Origin: Promethearchaeota archaeon
GTDB taxonomy: Archaea; Asgardarchaeota; Lokiarchaeia; Sigyniarchaeales; SOKP01
Assembly: GCA_019894975.1 (NCBI GenBank)
Contig: JAGXNO010000032.1
Span: 1 to 45,162, forward strand
Direction of reading: 5' to 3'
DNA: 45,162 bases
Both the position numbers and the translations under genes were made by a program. Shown in pieces: positions 38,050 to 45,162 of the stretch; the stretch's first letter is position 1; each line of letters starts with the position of its first letter. The notes under the pieces are model-generated. The model was not told the origin of the DNA, searched no databases, and worked only from the letters and a program-made list of their open reading frames with translations.

Positions 38050-38148
38050 TTTAATTCATTTCCTTTACTATTGAATTCTGTAAAAAGAAAAAATCTCTTC
38101 ATCTATCCCTTATAAGATATATTTCTTCTATTCCATAAATAAAATTAT

Positions 38149-39006
38149 CTAATTTTTTAGTACAAATATATCTAGAACCACATGATATAAATTTGGACCA
38201 TAGCTTTTAACTAGTCGAAATGACTTTAACTCACATGTATAATGTTGATCCTTTGCTACTGCATTGAAATCGTCAAATAGAGATATATGGTTTTCTTTTT
38301 CGACCACTCCTTCAAAATGGAATACACTACCCTCTTCTTTGGTTAATGTTAAAGCTTCTTTTATATAATTTAAAGGTGCAGGGAATACACCCATAATTAC
38401 ACGGTCTGCCCTTATGCCAGAGTCACTTAATTTCAAAACCTCTTCTTTGCAGTCACCATTTATGGCTACTATTTTTTCCTCTAAATGATTGATTTTAATG
38501 TTTCCAACCAAAGCATTGAAGGAATTTGGGTTAAGCTCTATACTATAAATCTTATCAACACTAGAATGCTTTCCAATAGGTAATGAAAAATAACCAATAC
38601 CCGCAAACATGTCTACAATAATCTCACCCTCCTTTACAAAAGTTGCTAGTGTTTTCCTTTCCTTTAGATTTCCTTTACTAAACATGATTTTAGTTATGTC
38701 AAATCGATAAGTTATTCCATGTTCTTTATGGTCAACAATAGGATCGTCTACTCCCGCTAAAAACTCTATATTTTCTGGTTCTCTAAACTCACCTGTAATC
38801 TTACCCCTATTTATATAAACAGATTTTATACTTGGAAGTAATTCCATATATGCTTTACCAATTATTTCTTTTTTATTTAACAATTCAGGTTTTAACTTAA
38901 GAATAATCACATCCCCTAAAGTTTGAAAACCACGTGGAAGAATAGATAATTCTGAAACTGTTAATAAATTGGCTAACTTATCAGCTATTTTTTTTTTAAA
39001 TTTCAT
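38149..39006 (-). CDS. taw2: tRNA(Phe) wyosine aminocarboxypropyltransferase Taw2 (Trm5/TYW2 family)
   Basis: GEFREP, HKEHG..Y.FD..KIMFSKGNLKER, VDMFAGIGYFSLP, IELNP, ADRVIMG, VKSYGP..YHVVLD. Confidence 0.8.
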   Translation of the reverse strand: MKFKKKIADKLANLLTVSELSILPRGFQTLGDVIILKLKPELLNKKEIIGKAYMELLPSIKSVYINRGKITGEFREPENIEFLAGVDDPIVDHKEHGITYRFDITKIMFSKGNLKERKTLATFVKEGEIIVDMFAGIGYFSLPIGKHSSVDKIYSIELNPNSFNALVGNIKINHLEEKIVAINGDCKEEVLKLSDSGIRADRVIMGVFPAPLNYIKEALTLTKEEGSVFHFEGVVEKENHISLFDDFNAVAKDQHYTCELKSFRLVKSYGPNLYHVVLDIFVLKN

Positions 39007-39259
39007 AAGTTTTGGGTATTTTAGTGAAATATTTATTTGTCTATTATTTTGAATAACTACATTTAATTTTTTTCTCCTTCTTATCACCTTACATTAATAA
39101 AAAGTCTTTTAATGCTGAAATTGTCTGTTATAATGATACAATCTAATAGTAAATCAAGTTAAATTATTATAGTATAATAAATCAATCATAATATACTAAC
39201 AATATTTTTATCTTAATTCAATAATATTGAAATAAGATTCATTTAAGAAGTGAATAAAA

Positions 39260-41144
39260 ATGCCGAGTTTAGATGATTTTATAGTTGACGAAAATAAAGT
39301 TTGGTTCACTGAAGGCTATTGGCCAGAAGGCGTCCCAAAACAATTAAAAGATGTTGATGGAGTAAAAATCACTCCAATGTGGGAAGGCTATCTCCATTCA
39401 GCGGAATATTATGGGACGTTGGATAATGATATCTGTGTGTTTGTCTATAAGTCATACATGGAACGAGTGAAACTGAAAACTCTTTTTGAATATGCTAAAA
39501 GGTTTGGAACTTATCTTTCCGATAATTTAGGAGTAAAACAAGGGGATGTTGTTGCGATTGATGTACCTAATTCCATCAACTTTGTCGTTGCTTATATGGG
39601 TTGCCAATATATTGGTGCGATCGCACAGGGCATTAACATGACATATAAATCAATGGAACTTTTACATTCTTTAAAAATGACAGATGCAAAGGTTTTTGTT
39701 ATGATGGATATGCTCTATATCGCAGGTCCCAAAGATGTATTACCTCAAACAAACGTAAAACATGTAATTCCTACAAATTTTGTAGATTTCTTAACTGCAG
39801 ATCAAGAGACTATTGAAGGATTAGGAATTCCAAGCGGTAAAGATAGTATCCCTGACGAGACCGAACATTACAAAGTACATTGGATGAAAGATATTATCAA
39901 AAATACAGAACCTAAAGAAATAAAAGTTGAGATTGATCCTTGGACGACTCCTGCTGTGTATCTAATGACTGGTGGTACTACCGGATTACCTAAAGTAGCA
40001 ATGCTTAGTCATGCGAATTTGGTTGCTAACATCTATATGGTTAAAGAGTGGGTAAACTAAAACTCTATACGATTTTAGTCTCAAAAATCTTAAACCAGGG
40101 ATGATTACCATTGGAAGTATCCCATTTTTCCACAGCTTTGGGATGACTTGCGTCATGAATGGTGCTTTAAGTTTAGGTATGCAGATGATTCTTTTTCCAA
40201 GACCTCCTACTGATGATTTATTATGTGAAACAATAAATAAGTTGGACGCTCCTCAGGGAATCATGTATACTGGGGTAGAAATGCTATTCAAAAGGCTGAC
40301 AGAATTTGTAGATAGCGTGGGTGTAGAAAAGTTTAAGGAGAAATATGATTTCTGGAAAAAACTCAAATATTGTACATCCGGGGCAGGACCCTTACATGAT
40401 TATGTGAGAGTTCCGTTTGAAGAAATCTTTTGTCCAATAAGGGTTGGTTATGGTTTGACAGAAACCTCTCCTATTCATAGTGTAGCACCTTTCTGGGGAC
40501 CAACTAAAACGGGAAAGTTAGGACTACCGATGCCAGGTGCAGACTGGGCTATATTCGATTCGGAGAATTTTGAAGCAGGACCTATTTGTGACGGAACTAA
40601 GGAAAAAGGTGGTTTTGGACCCGATAACATTGGTGAGATTTGCATTGCTGGTCCACATGTAATGATGGGTTACTTAGGAACTCAGAAAGAACAAGAAGAT
40701 AACTTGAAAATGTGGAATGGACAAAGGTGGCTATTAACAGGTGATATAGGATTTATGGATGAACAGGGGTGGGTTGAGATAATGGATAGGAAGAAGTCTT
40801 TAATAAAGGTTTCTGGTCATTCAGTCTTCCCAAAAGAAGTAGAGGAGTTGCTTGGTCATCATGAAATGATTGATGAAGTTGCCGTAGCTGGTCTCCCAGA
40901 TGAGATGACAGGAGAAGCTGTAAAAGCATGGATAACTCTCAAGAAGGGCTTTAAAGCGGGAAAGGATATTGAAAGTGAAACATTAAAAGAATGGGCAAGA
41001 GAGAACATGGCTAAATGGAAAAGCCCAAAGTATATTGAATTTGTCCGAAAGCTACCCGTCAGCATGACTGGAAAGGTTCAGAGAAGAGAACTTCAAGAAA
41101 AAGATATGGCTAAACTAGACGAAGGAAAAGAGATTAAAGGTTAG
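39260..41144 (+). pseudogene. Long-chain acyl-CoA ligase (AMP-binding) split by a +1 frameshift near 40054
   Basis: ORF1 ends just after the MTGGTTGLPK P-loop (WVN*). ORF2 carries PFFHSFG, GYGLTE, TGDIG, DRKK and GKVQRR in another frame that is open from 40056. Removing one A from GTAAACT restores ...WVTKTLYDFSLKNLKPGMIT... Confidence 0.85.
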
Positions 41145-41187
41145 TCAGTTTTAATTTTCTATTTTTTATATTATTTTTTTTATATTT

Positions 41188-41550
41188 TTAACTGTTAATA
41201 ATAGCAGCATTTATTAATTCACTTAATTCTACACTTTTCTTTTTACCATGGCTCTTGTCATCTGCCATTGTAAGTGAAAATATATAACCATCTCTAGTTT
41301 CAATTATTACAGTGTAGATTTTTCTTTGCTTAAAACTATAAGCTTTTTTAACTTTAGTTAGGGGGATTTGGTAATCTTTATGGAAATCATCAACGGAGGT
41401 TCCTATTTCTGTCAATGAGATTTTTGACTTTTTAACAAGGGAGATCTCTTGATCAGTTAACAGAATCTTTCCATATTGCATATTTAATTGCCAATCTTTT
41501 CCCACTTCTCCTTCACAGAAATATCCTTCTGAAACATAGAGTATATTCAT
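41188..41550 (-). CDS. Small PH/GRAM-like fold protein
   Basis: YGKILLTDQEISLV...YQIPLTKVKK...VIIETRDG.IFSL plus a C-terminal helix. Confidence 0.55.
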   Translation of the reverse strand: MNILYVSEGYFCEGEVGKDWQLNMQYGKILLTDQEISLVKKSKISLTEIGTSVDDFHKDYQIPLTKVKKAYSFKQRKIYTVIIETRDGYIFSLTMADDKSHGKKKSVELSELINAAIINS

Positions 41551-41737
41551 AATTCTCACATTATTATTGTTAAATTGTTATATGATTATATTCGATATTT
41601 TATTTTTAGTCTATCTAATTGTCGTTCTACTAAAATTTTTAAGGGCAAAACTAGTTAGTTACCTTAAAGACCATGAAATAAAAGGTTTAAGTAATATAAT
41701 AGGATTTTTAAAAAAAAAAAATGAAGGTTTGATAAAA

Positions 41738-42268
41738 ATGTCGTTACAAAAAACTAGAGATTTTATGCTTCAAGAAAAAATGATTTCTCTCAAGGATAAA
41801 GGCAAAATAATGAATCTGGATAAAGAAGTAATTGGAACATTTGCAGGGAAGTTAATAAAAATTGGTAACACTTACAGAATAAGGGATCTTGACGAAACTC
41901 CTGTACTAACAGTTCATGAAAAAGTGATATCAATGCGATCCAGTTATACTTTCTATGAAGGTGGTGAACAAGATGATGATAAGTATATTGGTAAATTAAA
42001 AAGGAAAATTGTTTCAGTAAAACCTAGTTATTGGTTTGAAGATCCAAAAGAGAATAAAGTCTTTACAATGAAGGGAAACATTTTTACCTTGAAATTCAAA
42101 ATTCTAAAAGATAATAAGGTAGTTGCGGAAATACATAAAAAACTCTTTAAAAGCCTAATCAAGGGAACTTATGGAATAAAAATGTCACCTGATTTAGATG
42201 ATGATTCTGCTATGTTAGTTTTAGGAATTGTCTTAATGCTCCATCATGAAAAAGAAGAGAATAGATAG
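41738..42268 (+). CDS. LURP1-related / scramblase / Tubby-C-like protein
   Basis: Repeated EK.IS.R/K beta motifs, MKGNIFTLKFKI..DNKVVAEIHKK...GTYGI and a single C-terminal hydrophobic helix. True start likely ATG 41738. Confidence 0.8.
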   Translation: MSLQKTRDFMLQEKMISLKDKGKIMNLDKEVIGTFAGKLIKIGNTYRIRDLDETPVLTVHEKVISMRSSYTFYEGGEQDDDKYIGKLKRKIVSVKPSYWFEDPKENKVFTMKGNIFTLKFKILKDNKVVAEIHKKLFKSLIKGTYGIKMSPDLDDDSAMLVLGIVLMLHHEKEENR

Positions 42269-42479
42269 TATATTTTTTTTATTTTTTTTTTAATTTGTGT
42301 TTCTTCAGTATTTAGCATAATTCCATATCTTTTCCAAACAATTTACTGGTCGATCCCAGAATTGGGAGACAAATCTTATGTAGACAGAAATACTAAAAGG
42401 AATAGCAAAGATTATAAATAACAAAATTTAAACCGTAATTAAAAAAAATTATATTACAAAATAAATAGAAAGTGATTAT

Positions 42480-43577
42480 ATGACAATAGAAACAAAAATT
42501 ACCAAAATGTTTGGTATAAAGCACCCAATAGTATGTGCTCCTATGGGTCCCTTCTACACGACTGATATGTGCGTAGCAATTTCTGAAGCAGGAGGTTTGG
42601 GAATATTATCTCATACCACCGTTAAACGTGGACAAGATATTGGAGATGAAACAACAACCGCACGACTTGGTGCTGATGCAGTTGTTGCAATGAAAGAAAA
42701 CATGGAATATGTCGTCGAACATACAGATAAACCTTTTGGATTTAATGTAAGAACGTCTAGAAATGAATTGCAAGCAGAAAAACTCTGTACAGAAATCCCA
42801 AAATTTATTTTAGAGAATCAAAGGATTCGGGAGCAGTGTGTATATGCCCTTACTAGTGCAGGATCATCTAAAACATTACCTGCGAGTAAATCCTTTCAAG
42901 AGCTAAAACAAAAGTCTGAAATCAAACATTTTCATGTCGCTCCCGCTTTATGGCTTGCTGATAAATGTGTTGCTTCTGGTGTAGATGGTATAGTAGTAAC
43001 TGGTGGAGAAGGTGGAGGTCATCAATCTTATGAAAAAGTAAGTTCTCTTGTTTTACTTCAACAAGTCCAGAAAAAACATCCTGACGTCCCAAAAATTGCT
43101 TGTGGGGGCTTTGCGACTGGTCCGGGTTTAGCAGCAGCATTATCTGCAGGAGCTGACGCTATAGCTATGGGTTCTCGCTTTATAGCAAGCAAAGAAAGCG
43201 AATTTCATGAAAATTACAAGGGAGTTGTACCTCCTGCTAAAGCCCAAGATACTATTTTAGTTACAGGTGCTTTGGGACCAATCCGTTTATGGAGAAATGA
43301 GTATTCGTTACACCATGGACTTGTAGCAGATAAAAACGCGAAAATTGCTGAAGAAGAAAGACTAAGATCAATGTCTCGAGAAGACATGATAAAAGAATTT
43401 CTAGCGACATCTAATGCATATCTTGCTGCATATAGGGGAGATATAACTTCTGGGGCAGTACTCTTAGGACAAAGTATTGGTGTAATCGAAAGTATTGAAA
43501 GTTGTGCTGATATAATAAATGAAGTCGTCTCTGATGCTGAAAGCTTAATCAAGAACGTTGCTGCTGGTATTAAATAG
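42480..43577 (+). CDS. Nitronate monooxygenase / FabK-like flavin oxidoreductase
   Basis: HPIVCAPMG, SEAGGLG, TDKPFGFN, GVDGIVVTGGEGGGH, ACGGF, GADAIAMGSRF, GQSIG. Confidence 0.88.
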   Translation: MTIETKITKMFGIKHPIVCAPMGPFYTTDMCVAISEAGGLGILSHTTVKRGQDIGDETTTARLGADAVVAMKENMEYVVEHTDKPFGFNVRTSRNELQAEKLCTEIPKFILENQRIREQCVYALTSAGSSKTLPASKSFQELKQKSEIKHFHVAPALWLADKCVASGVDGIVVTGGEGGGHQSYEKVSSLVLLQQVQKKHPDVPKIACGGFATGPGLAAALSAGADAIAMGSRFIASKESEFHENYKGVVPPAKAQDTILVTGALGPIRLWRNEYSLHHGLVADKNAKIAEEERLRSMSREDMIKEFLATSNAYLAAYRGDITSGAVLLGQSIGVIESIESCADIINEVVSDAESLIKNVAAGIK

Positions 43578-43673
43578 AATTTTCATCTTTTTATTTTTTT
43601 TTCATTCAAATTTGTTCTTTCTTGAAAATATGTCCCAAAACTTAATTTAGGCTTAAAAAAAGAAAAAAAATCA

Positions 43674-45161
43674 TTATTTATTCAACCTTTTATACGTTTT
43701 TCCCATAGTTTTATAAATATTTACATATTCTCTGAAAAGCTTATCATAAATATTCCTATTTTCTGGATTAGGAGTAAATTCTTTAGAAATCTCACAACAA
43801 GTTTGAATCTCATCCCATTTAAGATATCCTAGAGCCACTGAAGCGATATAAGCAGCACCACGAGCATTCGCTTGAATAGGATCTGTCACCTGTTTAATTT
43901 TTCTATCTAGAATATCCGCTATAATTTGGCACCAGATATCACTTTGAGCTCCTCCTCCAATCATGTTGAGTTCTGGTATAATATTGCCCTTTTTTGGAAT
44001 TCCACGCTCCTTTACTACCCATTTTCTTATAAAACTCTCAATTGTGGCTAGCAACCATTTTATATTATACCCAACACCTTCGAATATCGCTCGAATTATA
44101 TGCTCTCTTGACATTTCAAAAGATAAATTATATAAACCTCCACGAATGGTTGCATCATCTACGGGTGATCTTTCACCTATAAGCCAAGGAGTAAAAATCA
44201 GATTATTTGAGCCTGCAGGAACTTTTTCAACAATTTGATCGAAAATCTTATATACATCTGGTACCGCTTCTTCTTTTAATAATTCATCTTTATGATAAAG
44301 AATCTTATCTCTCAGAAAAGATAGAGCCCCTCCTGCTATGTTTTGTTCATTTCCTACCATGTATCTTCCAGGAATAGCTGAGGGTATAGCACCTAAGTTA
44401 TGAAATATATCCGTTTTCTTATAGGGAATATGAGTAAAGATCCAATCACTTGTACCAATATATATATGAGCTTCGTAATCATTTACCGCACCAGAACCAA
44501 TTGTGGCAGAATGTATATCTGGAGCACCCATGACCACCTGTGTATTTTTTTCCAAGCCCAATTCATCAGCTACTTCTTTTTTAAGTGGTCCTAAAACATC
44601 CGTACATTTCTTCAATTCAGGAAACTTGTTCTTATCGACCTTAAACATCTTCAATAGCTTTTTAGAATAATGGATGTTGTTTAGATCTCTCGTATCTGTC
44701 AGCCAATGAAGATGAATTGATGCAGTAGATGCCGCAAATTTCCCAGTTAATTTAAGATTAATATAATCTTGAGGTTCTAAAAATACAAACGTTTTTTCAT
44801 ATATATCTGGAAGTTCCTCTTTAATGACTAAGATATGGGCAATAGAATCTTTACCATGTTGAGCAGGTCCTCCTGCAGTTCTCTTTATTAAACTCAAAAT
44901 TTTTCTTAAATTATAACCTGAGACTTTTAACAATCCTTTGTTGAATTTTTCTAAATGTTTTGCGCCTCTTGTATCCATCCAAATAATTGAGTTCATTAAA
45001 TGATGACCATCTTTATCCACTGCAACGGTACCACTCCATTGACTAGAGTTGCATATTCCTACAATATTCTCGACTTTAACTCCACTATTATCAATAACTT
45101 TTTTAGCAGTTCTTTTAATAGCATCCCACCAATCATCTGGATTTTGTTCCACAATACCACC
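43674..45161 (-). CDS. FGGY-family carbohydrate kinase (xylulokinase-like), 5' end beyond the window
   Basis: VEQNPDDWW, IIWMDTR, IGTS, FTPWLIGERSP, RAIFEGV, GGGAQSDIWCQIIADIL. Frame is open to the window edge and the N-terminal DxGT motif is missing. Confidence 0.9.
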   Translation of the reverse strand, partial: GGIVEQNPDDWWDAIKRTAKKVIDNSGVKVENIVGICNSSQWSGTVAVDKDGHHLMNSIIWMDTRGAKHLEKFNKGLLKVSGYNLRKILSLIKRTAGGPAQHGKDSIAHILVIKEELPDIYEKTFVFLEPQDYINLKLTGKFAASTASIHLHWLTDTRDLNNIHYSKKLLKMFKVDKNKFPELKKCTDVLGPLKKEVADELGLEKNTQVVMGAPDIHSATIGSGAVNDYEAHIYIGTSDWIFTHIPYKKTDIFHNLGAIPSAIPGRYMVGNEQNIAGGALSFLRDKILYHKDELLKEEAVPDVYKIFDQIVEKVPAGSNNLIFTPWLIGERSPVDDATIRGGLYNLSFEMSREHIIRAIFEGVGYNIKWLLATIESFIRKWVVKERGIPKKGNIIPELNMIGGGAQSDIWCQIIADILDRKIKQVTDPIQANARGAAYIASVALGYLKWDEIQTCCEISKEFTPNPENRNIYDKLFREYVNIYKTMGKTYKRLNK

Positions 45162-45162
45162 T

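Noticed and set aside
41567-41737. N-terminal extensions given by the ORF track (also 12545-12631, 35335-35358, 39007-39087, 10819-10863)
   Set aside because: They are AT-rich promoter-like sequence or overlap neighbouring genes; downstream ATGs fit the family N-termini better.
42348-42370. Small hairpin TCCCA-GAAT-TGGGA upstream of the NMO-like gene
   Set aside because: A 5-bp core stem is expected by chance, with no other support.
1239-44594. Numerous 60-160 aa ORFs antisense to or nested in long genes (e.g. 10055-10534, 14993-15253, 16314-16628, 18689-19048, 43214-43552)
   Set aside because: They lie within well-supported genes and have no motifs; they are shadow ORFs.
1-45162. tRNA, rRNA, IS elements, integrases
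   Set aside because: No GC-rich structured RNA-like segment, transposase/integrase ORF or terminal inverted repeats were seen by eye. tRNAscan-SE or Infernal would be needed to exclude small RNAs.

Overview
AT-rich, gene-dense archaeal chromosome segment. It is most consistent with an Asgard archaeon (Lokiarchaeia-like), inferred from Alba, Sec11-type signal peptidase, NurA-HerA-Mre11-Rad50, Taw2 and a single-domain gelsolin-like protein. The left part (1-12.6 kb) is metabolic: class III aminotransferase, methylmalonate-semialdehyde dehydrogenase, hydroxyacid-oxoacid transhydrogenase, SDR, GH3 glucosidase, M28 peptidase, zinc-ribbon repeat protein, methyltransferase and DAGK-family kinase. 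The centre (14.9-26.4 kb) is a chromatin/DNA-repair hub. On the + strand it has alba, a 62-aa alpha3-truncated histone-fold gene and nurA-herA-mre11-rad50. Converging on it from the - strand is a trio of UvrD/PcrA helicase, stand-alone HD hydrolase and an unusual nucleotidyltransferase + RPA-type OB-fold + Zn-ribbon fusion, which is my best candidate for an undescribed system. The right part holds candidate eukaryote-signature proteins: gelsolin-like, a 703-aa protein whose N-terminus resembles the mu-adaptin/delta-COP mu-homology domain, an IFT52-like GIFT domain fused to a putative RHH, PH-like and LURP1/scramblase-like. It also has tRNA/protein-repair genes, a frameshifted acyl-CoA ligase and a partial FGGY kinase. 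I saw no rRNA, tRNA, CRISPR array or transposase. All family calls come from motif recognition by eye; no database searches were run.
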